Source: Macrostomum lignano (lineage: Eukaryota). Taken from it: a stretch of 64,000 nt of DNA. The stretch covers positions 62,001-126,000 of the forward strand of contig NIVC01002297.1 in assembly GCA_002269645.1 (NCBI GenBank), in the 5' to 3' direction. This document shows positions 1-19,032 of the stretch, piece by piece (positions within the stretch are counted from its first letter, which is position 1; each line of letters starts with the position of its first letter). The translations under genes were made by a program, and so were the position numbers. The notes below the pieces were generated by a model. It was not told the origin of the DNA. It saw only the letters and a program-made list of their open reading frames with translations, and ran no database searches.

Positions 1-2239
1 TGTAGGGCATTTTTATCAAGTTTGTTTTTATGTTTTAAAGTTTCTATTAGGCCCTATATTATAGCTTATGCTTTAATCTCTAGTCATTTTAGAAACTAAT
101 AGGGCCTATTTTAATCTATATACTAATTTTGTGCTGTTTGTCTGTTAGTCAGTCAGTTAGTCTGTCTGTCATTGATTTTTCAAGAACCATCTGGCCAATA
201 TTTTCAAATTAGCTTTCTAAAAATTCCTATTTTTGGGGGATCATGGATAACTTTTTTGATGATAAATTTGAATAGCAAAGTGGGCAAATATTTGAAAAAA
301 AGTTTTTTAATACTTTCAATAGGTGCTCTGTTTCTATATTTAATTGTTCAGTTCAACCATTTAGGCCTCTCCTTGGCCAATGTACAATGTAGGATGTACA
401 TTCACATTAAAGCTAAATGAGTTTAATGACCCTTCTTGCTGCAGGCTAGCAATTTGTAAGATTGGTTTAATTTTATTATTGTTTAACCAACTAGTCTGAT
501 AGACAATTAAAGGAAGAGTTGGTGTATGAGTGGGGTGGGGAGGGTTAAAAAGCTGGCCTAAAATTTATCAACCTCCTAAACTGCTCTGATCTTGTTTTAT
601 TTTATGAATTCAATACTAGGTGGCACAATTGCAGATGGGAACAGTAGCTAATGGGCCCAATTAATTAAGATTCATTTGGCAAATTGGTATATAAAATTTA
701 TACTGATTGGAAATGGATCAAATATTTAAAAAACTGTTTTTAGTACTTAAAAACAACCATTGGAGGCTTAGTGTCGTATTATGCTTATATAAACTCAACA
801 AAATCAAAAAGTTGCCATCAAAGAAGAAGTTGCCATCCACTTTTGAGAATGTAGGTAAAGTCTCTCCATCTTTGGAGAGTGACAAAACTTGCTATGCCAC
901 AATAGGGCTTGAGTTGAGGAATGAAGTGGGGGTGCACCGGTGCAGTGTGTGCAAGGGTTTTGTTAGATAGATTAAAAGTACCCAATCAGTTTTCTCATAT
1001 CTTTTATTTCAGAATAGTCCAAGAGAAATTGCTCATTGGCGTATAGAGTGGTGACTTTAATGTTGCTGAGTATATATTTTTGACCTTTTTATGGGTCAAT
1101 AAAATTTTAAACAATGAATAATTTGATTTGGAAGTGGGTCAAATATTCAAAAAACATTTTTTCATGCTTTCAATGTTTGAATTTTGAATTTGAATGCTTC
1201 CATGGGGGCTTAATGCGCAAGTAATGACTAATTTATCATCCAATATTTATATGTAAAAGTATAAATAGTATATTTAAATTTATGGATATAAAACAATTAA
1301 TTGTCTTTTTCTATTTTCTCTAGATATATATTTTGTATATTGTGGCCCCCAATTAGACTATATGCTGTGCTTATGACTTATGTTTAGTAAGGGTTATGTT
1401 TAGTAAGGGTAGGTAAGAATATCTAGAACCCTTTTGCAACTAGTTGAACAATCAATAATTCAGACCTCTGTGCATATAATGTACATGAAAAGGTCCAGTT
1501 TTTATTATTTCTAAATATAACGTAGCTCTTGCCTTCTAATATACAAAAAATGGTCTGTGTGTGTGTGCGTGTGTGTTTGTGTGTGATCGATTTTAGCAAA
1601 AACGGCTCAACCGATTTTCTTCGAATTTGCACCATTCAATCAGAAATTTTTCCGTGACGGTACATGCATCGTTGCTAAGAAATTGCTCGATGCTAAAGGG
1701 ATTAAATATTCGAAAAACATGCTTTTTTGCAAAGGTCAAGCAGCTCTTTCGACTTGAAATGCATTGTAAAAATGCTAGCAGAAAAACTGACTGGTTGAAT
1801 TCTAAATTCTAAAATGGATTGCATCACAATACACTTTATTTATCGTCTGTGTACTGGCTGAATTTGACACTCAATTGAATTGCGTCACAGCTTTGAGTGT
1901 AAAAGCATAGCGCAGTACCCAATTTATATTACGTAACCATTTGTTAACTTTCATAGACACTGGTACTGACTTGCCTAAGAAATTGATTATGTCATAACTG
2001 CTTCGTGTGACTTTTTACTCTACCTGACTTGGTGTGAGTGTTGAATTATATAAGTGGTACAAATTCACTGATAACTTCGATGAGAGCTAGCCTAGAGCTG
2101 AAGAGCTAGACTGCTAATGCAGCGACCTGGTTTCGAATCTAAGTAGTTTAAAAGTAGTAGTGTAAAATTTTTTATTAAAAGCTTTTATTAAATATTTAGT
2201 CCTTTAATAAAACATTTAGTCCTTTAATAAAACAAAACT

Positions 2240-3210
2240 TAGATTACTGCACTCGATAAGCCAAGGATTATTGCTCTTTATAAACCAAGGATTACTGCAA
2301 TTGGAAAACAAAGGATTACTGCAATTGGAAAACAAAGGATTACTGCACTCGAGAAGCCAAGGATTATTGCTATTAATAAACCAAGGATTACTGCACTCGA
2401 GAAGCCAAGGATTATTGCTATTAATAAACCAAGGATTACTGCACTCGAGAAGCCAAGGATTATTGCTATTAATAAACCAAGGATTACTGCACTCGAGAAG
2501 CCAAGGATTATTGCTATTAATAAACCAAGGATTACTGCACTCGAGAAGCCAAGGATTATTGCTATTAATAAACCAAGGATTACTGCACTCGAGAAGCCAA
2601 GGATTATTGCTATTAATAAACCAAGGATTACTGCACTCGAGAAGCCAAGGATTATTGCTATTAATAAACCAAGGATTACTGCACTCGAGAAGCCAAGGAT
2701 TATTGCTATTAATAAACCAAGGATTACTGCACTCGATAAGCCAAGGATTATTGCTCTTTATAAACCAAGGATTACTGCAATTGGAAAACAAAGGATTACT
2801 GCACTCGAGAAGCCAAGGATTATTGCTATTAATAAACCAAGGATTACTGCACTCGATAAGCCAAGGATTATTTCTCTTAATAAACCAAGGATTACTGCAC
2901 TTGGAAAACCAAGGATTACTGCACTCGATAAGCCAAGTATTATAGCTATTAATAAACCAAGGATTACTGCACTTAGAAAACCAAAGATTACTGCACTCGA
3001 TAAGCCAAGGATTATTGCTATTAATAAACCAAGGATTACTGCACTCGATAAGCCAAGGATTATTGCTATTAATAAACCAAGGATTACTGCACTCGAGAAG
3101 CCAAGGATTACTACTATTAATAAACCAAGGATTACTGCACTCGATAAGCCAAAGATTATTGGTCTTAATAAACCAAGGATTACTTCACTCCATAGCCAAG
3201 GATTACTGCG
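2240..3210. repeat. Minisatellite, 24-bp subunits forming a 48-bp higher-order repeat
   Basis: Alternating CCAAGGATTACTGCACTCGAGAAG / CCAAGGATTATTGCTATTAATAAA. Accounts for the 16-aa periodic ORFs. Confidence 0.95.
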
Positions 3211-3249
3211 CTTGATAAGCTTGGCTACATGTATAGGATTATTTCTATC

Positions 3250-4380
3250 CAGGGATGCTTGCTATTTAGGAATTCTTGCTATGTGCAGGATGCTTGCTAT
3301 CTGGAAGGATGCTTCTACATTATTTGGGGGATGCTTGCTATCTGGAAGGATGCTTCTACATTATTTGGGGGATGCTTGCTATCTGGGTGGATGCTTTTAT
3401 CCGGGGGATGCTTCTATCCGGGGGATGCTTCTATTTGGGGGATGCTTGCTATCTGCAAGATGCTTGCTATCTGCAGATGCTTGCTATCTGGGTGGATGCT
3501 TGCTAGGAGTATTAGGGGATGCTTGCTATCTGGGTGGATACTTGCTAGGAGTATTAGGGGATGCTTGCTATCTGGGTGGATACTTGCTAGGAGTATTAGG
3601 GGATGCTTGCTATCTGGGTGGATACTTGCTAGGAGTATTAGGGGATGCTTGCTATCTGGGTGGATACTTGCTAGGAGTATTAGGGGATGCTTGCTATCTG
3701 GGTGGATACTTGCTAGGAGTATTAGGGGATGCTTGCTATCTGGGTGGATACTTGCTAGGAGTATTAGGGGATGCTTGCTATCTGGGTGGATACTTGCTAG
3801 GAGTATTAGGGGATGCTTGCTATCTGGGTGGATACTTGCTAGGAGTATTAGGGGATGCTTGCTATCTGGGTGGATACTTGCTAGGAGTATTAGGGGATGC
3901 TTGCTATCTGGGTGGATACTTGCTAGGAGTATTAGGGGATGCTTGCTATCTGGGTGGATGCTTGCTAGGAGTATTAGGGGATGCTTGCTATCTGGGTGGA
4001 TACTTGCTAGGAGTATTAGGGGATGCTTGCTATCTGGGTGGATACTTGATAGGAGTATTAGGGGATGCTTGCTATCTGGGTGGATACTTGCTAGGAGTAT
4101 TAGGGGATGCTTGCTATCTGCGGTTGTTTACTTTTGGAGGAGGGTGCTTGCTATCTGGGTGGATACTTGCTAGGAGTATTAGGGGATGCTTGCTATCTGG
4201 GTGGATACTTGCTAGGAGTATTAGGGGATGCTTGCTATCTGGGTGGATACTTGCTAGGAGTATTAGGGGATGCTTGCTATCTGGGTGGATACTTGCTAGG
4301 AGTATTAGGGGATGCTTGCTATCTGCGGTTGTTTACTTTTGGAGGAGGGTGCTTGCTACTGGGGGGATGCTTGCTATCTT
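3250..4380. repeat. Minisatellite, 42-bp unit made of two related halves
   Basis: GATGCTTGCTATCTGGGTGGATACTTGCTAGGAGTATTAGGG repeated, degenerate at the left end. Confidence 0.95.
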
Positions 4381-5052
4381 GGGAATATTTTCTATTTAGG
4401 GGTAATGACTGTGATCTTTGTGAAAGCTATATTTTTTTGTCTGTTTGTTAATTTTAGAAAAAAAGAGATTCATAGCAAATATTATTGTCCATGACAATTT
4501 TAAATGAATAAGGTGATTTTTAAAAGTGATGAAGGACTTAGTTTTTAAGAAAATGTGCTTTTTCATTGATTTCCATAAACTATTTTTGCTTTGTTCTTAT
4601 TGGGCGCCCCGAAGGGGGGCCACACTAGATTGCTTGGTTTAACTATTTTCTAACTGTTAAAGATTTTACTTTTCACTTGTTGTTAATTTTAGCTTCTTCA
4701 AATGTTGAGTCATTCTTGATTAGTTGTGCTACTAAAACAATTGGACAAGTCCAAATAACAATAAATTGTTTTTTGTATTTTTAATAGTTAGTCAAAAGCC
4801 TTGTCCTTTAAAAATTCTTAAAATGAAAAATGTTGTTTTCCAAGGAGACTTAATTCTATGGTATGTTGAAAAATATCTTAGTAAACCAAGATATTGCCAC
4901 ACCTAACTGCTTTTAAATCTATTATTGCATGGCAATTTGTTAATTTGTATTCTCAGTCTGCTTTGCCCAGCGGCTGGTTCAAAACAGAAAATTATCAACC
5001 TAGCAAACATACCTACTGCCTACTAACAGTAGCACGCGCGGTTACAGCAGTC

Positions 5053-10405
<5,353 letters not shown>

Positions 10406-10569
10406 CCCCTGGTGGGGAGAGGGGTTGAGAAGATTCTGCCAAGCTGGTTCGTTACGGTTTTTGTGTGTCTGCATATATATATTCTAGATAGAGCTCTGCT
10501 TGATGTCCCTGCGGTCTCTGTCGGAGATCTTCGCGTTCGGGCTGTCTGAGCGCTTTGGCGCCGCCACCT

Positions 10570-11330
10570 ACCCATATTTCAGATTTTAGATCCCCTACCC
10601 TACCAAAGTCCGGTTTTAGGTCCGCTACCCTCCTAAAGTCCGGTTTTAGGTCCGCTACCCTCCTAAAACCTAATTTTAGGTCCACTACCCGCCCAAATCC
10701 ATATTTTAGGTCCGCTACACACCCAAAACTCTATTTTAGGTCCGCTACCCTCCCAAAGTCCGATTTTAGGTCCGCTACCCTCCCAAAGTCCGATTTTAGG
10801 TCCGCTACCCTCCATAAACCCGATTTTAGATCGGCTACCCTCCTTAAACCCGATTTTAGATCGGCTACCCTCCCTAAACCCGATTTTAGATCGGCTACCC
10901 TACCAAAACCCGATTTTAGATCGGCTACCCTACCAAAACCCGATTTTAGATCGGCTACCCTCCCTAAACCTGATTTTCGATCGGCTACCCTCCCTAAACC
11001 CGATTTTAGATCGGCTACCCTCCCTAAACCCGATTTTAGATCGGCTACCCTCCCTAAACCCGATTTTAGATCGGCTACCCTCCCAAAACCCGATTTTAGG
11101 TCCGCTACCCTCCCAAAACCCGATTTTAGATCGGCTACCCTCCATAAACCCGATTTTAGATCGGCTACCCTCCCTAAACCCGATTTTAGATCGGCTACCC
11201 TCCCTAAACCCGATTTTAGATCGGCTACCCTACCAAAACCCGATTTTAGATCGGCTACCCTCCCTAAACCTGATTTTCGATCGGCTACCCTCCCTAAACC
11301 CGATTTTAGCTGCACCACCCTCCCAAATAA
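10570..11330. repeat. 30-bp minisatellite downstream of the epsin stop codon
   Basis: TCGGCTACCCTCCCTAAACCCGATTTTAGA units. Confidence 0.95.
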
Positions 11331-11967
11331 TTTAGGTCTGCCCCCCTCCCCAACCGGGACCCGAGACTGAGTCTCTAATTGACAGAGCTCAGCATCCTCC
11401 AGCTGCCCCATCAAAGTTTTATTTTAATCCGTTTTCACCTGCAGCGAAGAAGTTCTTGCGTTATTTTTTGTAACTTCCTTTTGCGTGCGGCATCATTAGC
11501 TGACCGCGATAATGATACACATTTGTAGCGTTAATATGCTCATTTATTCCGCCTAATATTTGTTGTTCAATTGCCAGACAAGCCCTTGGTAGTGTTTAGC
11601 ATCCCTATTAGTCTATGCAGGTGCGTTCTCGCGAGTTTCAGGCTTGTAGAATTGTTATATTGATGAATCATACAGTAAAGCTTTACAAACTTAACACACG
11701 GAACCATATATCTCTGGCTCTCACCGACTCTGTTCTGCTTTATTGTGCGCTTTTTCACTTTTACACAGGCCGGCTTAAGCAGAACAAAAAATAGAGTTGA
11801 ACTGCAAAAGTAATCTTTTTAATCTGACTTTCTTACTGTAAATTTATTTACTACTTGTTAGTTTCCTAGTAGTACCTTCGGTATTTCGGTAGCAAACCTG
11901 ACGCTAACTATAAAAATCTGCGATTTATAAAATCAGGACTCTTCAGTTCATAGAATCAAATATCTAC

Positions 11968-13110
11968 CATTTAGAATCAGAAATCTGCAGTTTAGAATCA
12001 GAAATCTGCAGTTTAGAATCAGAAATCTGCCGTTCAAAATCAGAAATCTGCAGTTCAGAATCAGAAATCTGCAGTTTAGAATCAGAAATCTGCCGTTCAG
12101 AATCAGAAATCTGCAGTTTAGAATCAGAAATCTGCAGTTTAGAATCAGAAATCTGCCGTTCAGAATCAGAAATCTGCAGTTTAGAATCAGAAATCTGCAG
12201 TTTAGAATCAGAAATCTGCAGTTTAGAATCAGAAATCTGCAGTTTAGAATCTGAAATCTGCAATTTAGAATCAGAAATCTGCAGTTTAGAATCAGAAATC
12301 TGCACTTTAGAATCAGAAATCTGCCGTTTAGAATCAGAAATCTGGAGTTTAGAATCAGAAATCTGTAGTTTAGAATCAGAAATCTGCAGTTTAGAATCAG
12401 AAATCTGCAGTTTAGAATCAGAAATCTGTAGTTTAGAATCAGAAATCTGCAGTTTAGAATCAGAAATCTGTAGTTTAGAATCAGAAATCTGCAGTTTAGA
12501 ATCAGAAATCTGCAGTTTAGAATCAGAAATCTGCAGTTTAGAATCAGAAATCTGCCGTTTAGAATCAGAAATCTGCAGTTTAGAATCAGAAATCTGCAGT
12601 TTAGAATCAGAAATCTGCCGTTTAGAATCAGAAATCTGGAGTTTAGAATCTGAAATCTGCAATTTAGAATCAGAAATCTGCAGTTTAGAATCAGAAATCT
12701 GCCGTTCAGAATCAGAAATCTGCAGTTTAGAATCAGAAATCTGCAGTTTAGAATCAGAAATCTGCAGTTTAGAATCAGAAATCTGCAGTTTAGAATCAGA
12801 AATCTGCCGTTCAGAATCAGAAATCTGCAGTTTAGAATCAGAAATCTGGAGTTTAGAATCTGAAATCTGCTGTTTAGAATCAGAAATCTGCAGTTTAGAA
12901 TAAGAAATCTGCAGTTTAGAATCAGAAATCTGCCGTTCAGAATCAGAAATCTGCAGTTTAGAATCAGAAATCTGCAGTTTAGAATCAGAAATCTGCAGTT
13001 TAGAACCAGAAATCTGCAGTTTAGAATCAGAAATCTGCAGTTTAGAATCAGAAATCTGCAGTTTAGAATCGGAAATCTGCAGTTTAGAATCAGAAATCTG
13101 CAGTTTAGAA
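11968..13110. repeat. 21-bp minisatellite
   Basis: GAATCAGAAATCTGCAGTTTA, about 54 copies estimated from span/unit length. Confidence 0.95.
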
Positions 13111-14229
13111 TTCTAGTATAAAGAATTCTAAGAATTCGCAGAGAATTATCTGCGCCTTTTGAGCAATTTCTTAATTTGCGACATGCAGCTGAACCTCAAG
13201 GATTTTTCTCCCATGTTGACATTATCGATTGATTGATTGTCCTTTACAAGAAACAGAAAGCTGGATTTTATTAATGTCTACTATTAGTAACACTGTTGAC
13301 AGTAGCGTCACTTCAGTAGTATTATTGGTATAATTGTGCAGCAATCCAACAGATGCTGTCCCACTCGCTCAATCAATGCTAAAACTCTTGTACTTCTGCT
13401 AACTTTTATAATGCGTTATTGTTTAACGTTTCGTAATTGAGAACCTCAGACTAAACTGAAACAAATACTTATTTATTTATTCGCGAAATAGATACATGCG
13501 GCTGAGCAGCTGTTTAAATTTGTAGTATCTATTGTTCCGCATAAACAATTATCGGTTTCGTTTTTACCGCCATATGAAACTGTTGTCATTCTGGGTGTTT
13601 CAGTTGTTGACTTTCATTTTCGTTCACGCGGTTTGACCTTCATGCATAACTTGACTGCTTTCTGTCTGTTGGTCTGTATCCTATCTCGCTCTGTTTCAAT
13701 AAAAGTACATAAAAGTACACTCACTGTCCTCTCTCCTGTAAACATTAGAAGAATAATCACAGATTACCACTTGTAATCATTTCAAAAACTTGTTCTCAAA
13801 GAAAAATCCCAGAACTCTCAAATTTGTAAAAGCAGTCGTCCGCATATTGCAATTTCTGTTAATAGTCGTATCTTTCAAATCTAACACACATGTAACTTTA
13901 TGAAAATGGATAAATAATATTCACCGCAATGTCACAGCAAAGGTAGTATGCAAGTAATGATTACTCGTAATAGAAGTTCTAAATTGAGACTCGAATTGAA
14001 AATACCTGCAGATAATGACTGAGCATGCGGCCGTGTAAATACGTGTACATGTGATACGTGTAGATGCATATCATATATATTACTGTTCATTTACAGAGCA
14101 TGCTTAGTCATTAGAGCTTTCTAAAATTTGTGAATAAAATAAAAACTAGTCTCTAGACCTTTATAATACTTTTCCGTTAAATAGTGTTCTTCTCACTGAC
14201 ACGGCAGCCATTGGACACCCCCACCAATC

Positions 14230-14620
14230 TGATCCAATCTAGCTTCAACCCCCGCAGCACCCACCCCACTCCCTCTCCCAGTGATTCAACCCCTGCAGCA
14301 CCCACCCCACTCCCTCTCGCAGTGATTCAACCCCTACAGCACCCACCCCACTCCCTCTCGCAGTGATTCAACCCCTGCAGCACCCACCCCACTCCCTCTC
14401 GCAGTGATTCAACCCCTACAGCACCCACCCCACTCCCTCGCAGTGATTCAACCCCTGCAGCACCCACCCCACTCCCTCTCGCAGTGATTCAACCCCTACA
14501 GCACCCACCCCACTCCCTCTCGCAGTGATTCAACCCCTACAGCACCCACCCCACTCCCTCTCGCAGTGATTCAATCCATACAGCACCCACCCCACCCCCT
14601 CCTCGCCGCAATTCAACTCT
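14230..14620. repeat. 41-bp minisatellite
   Basis: GCAGTGATTCAACCCCTACAGCACCCACCCCACTCCCTCTC units. Confidence 0.9.
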
Positions 14621-14696
14621 CGCACAGCACCATAACATTCATTCATGCACAGTACGTATGTATTGTAAACTATTTATTGTGCAAAAGCAAATCAAA

Positions 14697-17600
14697 TCAT
14701 CCCATGACGGCCTCAGCCACCGGCCCGCTCGGCATCGGGACTATGATGTTCGCCACTGCAGACACGGTGGAGCTTTCAGTGGCCTGCAGCTGGTCGCTGC
14801 CGCCATCGTCCAGGCCGCCGGAACCGCCGTCTGCCACAATTGGCAGCACATTATCCTCGAAGCATTTATCCACATTGCCAGGGGGAAAGTACAGCGCCAC
14901 AACTACATTGGTGACTGTCATTGGATAGTCGCTGTCGGTGTCTTCAGCCTCAGGCTGGCTGTCGGAGTCCGCCTGCGAAAGCGACTGCCGAGCTGAGGTC
15001 ACCACCGTGGCACCGGCGATGCCCAGCAGGCGGCTGGCTCGCCAAACCAGCTGGGTAAAATGGCCTGGGTTCGAATTTGGAAATACTTTATGTACCACAG
15101 AGTACGGAATGAAATTTTAAACAGGACAGAGCTGGGGTGTTTATCAGAATGGGAAAACGGGTTTATCAGAGCGGGTACCTGCATGAATATAGACCGGTGT
15201 TTATCAGGATGAAACCAAGTGTTTATCAGGACGGTTAGGTTGGGTGTTTCTTACCACAGGTGACGGGATACAGGTGTTTAGAAAAAAGAGGACAGGCGTT
15301 TATCAAGAAGGGCAGTTGGATACCGATGTGTTTATCAGAACGAGCAGTTAAGTACCGAAGTGTTTATCAAGAAGGGTATTTAGGTACCGAGGTGTTTACC
15401 AGGATGGGTAGTTGGGTACCGAAGTGTTCATCAGGATGGGTAGTTGGGTACCGAAGTGTTCATCAGGATGGGTAGTTGGGTACCGAAGTGTTTATCAGAA
15501 CGAGCAGTTGAGTACCGAAGTGTTTATCAGGGTGGGTAGTTGGGTACCGAGGTGTTCATCAGGAAGGGCAGTTGGGTACCGAAGTGTTCATCAGGATGGG
15601 TAGTTGGGTACCGAAGTGTTCATCAGGATGGGTAGTTGGGTACCGAAGTGTTTATCAGAACGAGCAGTTGAGTACCGAAGTGTTTATCAGGGTGGGTAGT
15701 TGGGTACCGAAGTGTTCATCAGGATGGGTAGTTGGGTACCGAAGTGTTTATCAGAACGAGCAGTTGAGTACCGAAGTGTTTATCAGGGTGGGTAGTTGGG
15801 TACCGAGGTGTTCATCAGGAAGGGCAGTTGGGTACCGAGGTGTTTATCAGAACTTTAGACTAAGGCTCCGGGTAGTTTACCATGACGACAGCCTCACCTG
15901 TACCGTCCTGCGGTTGCGGCAATTCGAAATTGTACCCGGGATCGGAGCACTCGGCGTACCACATCTGTGTGGCCTCCGAGCCTGCGGGAAGCGAGTTATA
16001 TTAATACAGAGTGGAATAAATATACGTATGCATACTCGTACGCTTTTATAATGGTATTTAAGATGGTCACGCCTCTTTATAAAAGCGTAATTTTCTGATT
16101 AAAGAACACCAATTCCCTGCTGCCCCATAAAGTTCGCCACTGGAGGAAGCAGTGCAACTGCAGAGGTACGAATTGCAGGTTGAAAGGTACCAGCGCTGTC
16201 TAAAGCACTTGGCGTTTATTTGATTACAATGCAAACACACAATCTCCCTCTGCCAATCTCTTCATTCTTATTGCAGTGCGCGATTCCCCAGTGCCGGTTA
16301 AAAGTGCACGAGCCCTAACCCTCCTGGCTCATTCTTCCTCAGGAAGGGAAACTGTCTGCCCGAATGGCACTGAAGGCCGGTTTTCAGCCTTCCTTCACCG
16401 ATTGTTTTGCACTGTTTGGACTGAGAGTGACTTCTGGGTGGGCCCCGTAACTCTTCCCTCGAACAGATTGGCTGCTGCACCGCCGTGTGACGTCAGCTGC
16501 CCGGATTTGCGGCTGTTTGCTACGTTTTCCGTGTTCTAATCGTGCACTGTTAGCTAATATTGTAGCTTGGAGAAGGCGGAGAGTCCCAGTTGGTGAGATT
16601 CTTAATCTCACACTGGGAAAAAATCCCAATCATTTAGATGCGAAAAGGGTTGAACTCCGATTCGATCTTAATCCTAACTGAGATGAAATTCCAATCGATC
16701 TCGATCCTAACTGGGATAAAATCCCAATCGACCTTGATCCTAACTGGGATAAAATCCCAATCGACCTTGATCCTAACTGGGATAAAATCCCAATCGACCT
16801 TGATCCTAACTGGGATAAAATCCCAATCGACCTTGATCCTAACTGGGATAAAATCCCAATCGACCTTGATCCTAACTGGGATAAAATCCCAATCGACCTT
16901 GATCCTAACTGGGATAAAATCCCAATCGACCTTGATCCTAACTGGGATAAAATCCCAATCGACCTTGATCCTAACTGGGATAAAATCCCAATCGACCTTG
17001 ATCCTAACTGGGATAAAATCCCAATCGACCTTGATCCTAACTGGGATAAAATCCCAATCGACCTTGATCCTAACTGGGATAAAATCCCAATCGACCTTGA
17101 TCCTAACTGGGATAAAATCCCAATCGACCTTGATCCTAACTGGGATAAAATCCCAATCGACCTTGATCCTAACTGGGATAAAATCCCAATCGACCTTGAT
17201 CCTAACTGGGATAAAATCCCAATCGACCTTGATCCTAACTGGGATAAAATCCCAATCGACCTTGATCCTAACTGGGATAAAATCCCAATCGACCTTGATC
17301 CCAACTGGGATAAAATCCCAATCGATCTCGATCCTAACTGGGATAAAATCCCAATCGACCTTGATCCTAACTGGGATAAAATCCCTATTGATCCTCAACT
17401 GGGATGAAATCCCAATCGCTCTCGATTCCAACTGGGATAAAATCCCAATCGACCTTGATCCCAACTGGGATGAAATCCCAATCGACCTTGATCCTCAACT
17501 GGGATGAAATCCCAATCGCTCTCGATTCCAACTGGGAAAAAAATCCAAATCGATCTTGATCCCAACTGGGATGAAATCCCTATAGATCCTCAACTGGGAT

Positions 17601-19032
17601 GAAATCCCAATCGATCTCGATTCCAACTGGGAAAAAAATCCAAATCGATCTTGATCCCAACTGGGATGAAATCCCTATTGATCCTCAACTGGGATGAAAT
17701 CCCAATCGCTCTCGATTCCAACTGGGATAAAATCCCAATCGATCTTGTTCCCAACTGGGATAAAATCCCAATCGATCTTGTTCCCAACTGGGATAAAATC
17801 CCAATCGATCTTGTTCCCAACTGGGATAAAATCCCAATCGATCTTGTTCCCAACTAGGATAAAATTCTAATGTCGATCTCGATCCCAACTGGGATAAAAT
17901 TAGTTGACGATAGTTCGGAGTCTGAGGCCCAATCAGTGAAGAGGACTGTCAGCTACAATCCACATCATTTCTCTGTAGTTTTCCTGCTGCATCCAGGGTA
18001 GTCGGGACAGAAAGGCGAACAGCGGAAATGAACCGGTTGTAAAAAAATTAGTTTTACTTTTTAAGTGCAAGCGCGGGGCTCGAAGAAACTCGTCAAGATT
18101 GTTTTTGTCAATTCAATCTCCGTGCGTCCTTTCTGCCCTGGGGGTGCACGCGGGGCTTTGTGGCTCGCTTTCAGCTGACCGCAGTTCTGGGAAGCTTGCG
18201 GATTTCGGCAGAAGTTTGAAACTCTGACGGGGGGACAAAAGCAGGAAAGAGAAAATCGGATATGTTTTTTCGGTGCATGCAGGGGTCGACTTTCGCCGAG
18301 GTCAAGTAGAACTGTTTTAAGCTAAAGAGAAAACCATTTAGTTTCCCGTGGACGGCAAAATTGAAGCTGCAATGAAACCGCAGTCGTTTGAATACCAAAA
18401 ATACGCGCTCGACTTCTTAATCAGTTTCTCTAAATCATATCCATTAGCTCTTACTTGGGATCTACTTAACTTGCACCGCTGACGGCGAATGCATTCGTAG
18501 GTTTGAATTTCGTTCTCTTACTAGCAGAGGGTCCTTTTAGAATCCCAGGTGGGGTTACAGCCCACCCCAGCTCACCCGAGAGCGGCTGCGGCCCTCCGGC
18601 CCAGCAGGTGGCCACCCGGTAGGCGATGGCCTCTCCCGCGTGGATGCCCCGGTGGAACAGCCGCACCTGCCGGTCGCTGTGCCGGAAGTTGCCGCCGGCC
18701 GCTGCGGCTTCGGCCAGCGCCGCCGCCATCTGGCAGAGCCGGCGGCAGAGGCGCAGCGGCCTGGCGCTGTGCAGCAGTCGGAGCCGGTTGTGCTCGGCGA
18801 GACCTTCCACCTCCAGGCGGCTCCAGGCGTCCTCGGTGGCCTCGGGATCGCCGGGCTGCAGAGCGTCCTCGCTGGCCAGCAGCTCCCTGGGCAGCTCGTA
18901 GTTCGGCAGCGTCCAGCCGCTGTCGTGCATCGAGAAGCCGCGGATGATGCTTACTGTTCGGCGCAGCTTCTTCCGGCCGCTCTGGGCAGCCGCGGCGGCC
19001 GCCCGTCGCGAATGAATTCGCTGCTCAGACAT
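14697..19032 (-). CDS. CAP/SCP-domain protein, GAPR-1/GLIPR2-like, 3 exons, about 302 aa
   Basis: Exons 19032-18576, 15981-15898, 15064-14697 (GT-AG, phase 1/1). Motifs LAEHNRLRLLHSARPL, FRHSD, GEAIAY, MWYAE..YNF, GTGHFTQLVW, VVALYFPPGNV, FEDNVLP match the PR-1/GAPR-1 CAP consensus. Confidence 0.9.
15190..15850. repeat. About 32-bp minisatellite in CAP gene intron 2
   Basis: GGGTAGTTGGGTACCGAAGTGTTCATCAGGAT units. Confidence 0.9.
16660..17900. repeat. 33-bp minisatellite in CAP gene intron 1
   Basis: AACTGGGATAAAATCCCAATCGACCTTGATCCT units with an internal GGGAT/ATCCC inverted repeat. Confidence 0.95.

Noticed and set aside
860-970. GVHRCSVCKGFVR resembling a nuclear-receptor zinc finger (CxxCKGFFRR)
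   Set aside because: The first CxxC is missing, a stop follows immediately, and no splice context or rest of the domain is visible.
2216-4451. Long ORFs of 190-395 aa on both strands
   Set aside because: They are translations of 48-bp and 42-bp minisatellites lacking stop codons, with no non-repeat coding context.
4601-4622. GGCGCCCCGAAGGGGGGCC mini-hairpin, Helitron-like end
   Set aside because: An isolated imperfect hairpin with no recognisable termini or second copy.
16277-16540. Plus-strand acceptor-like site and short ORF within the CAP gene intron
   Set aside because: No recognisable protein, no partner exons, and the CAP model is complete without it.
10555-17507. Periodic ORFs (PDFRSATLPK, QISDSKL, LILTGIKSQST)
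   Set aside because: Minisatellites with unit lengths of 30, 21 and 33 bp. They lie in introns or spacers.
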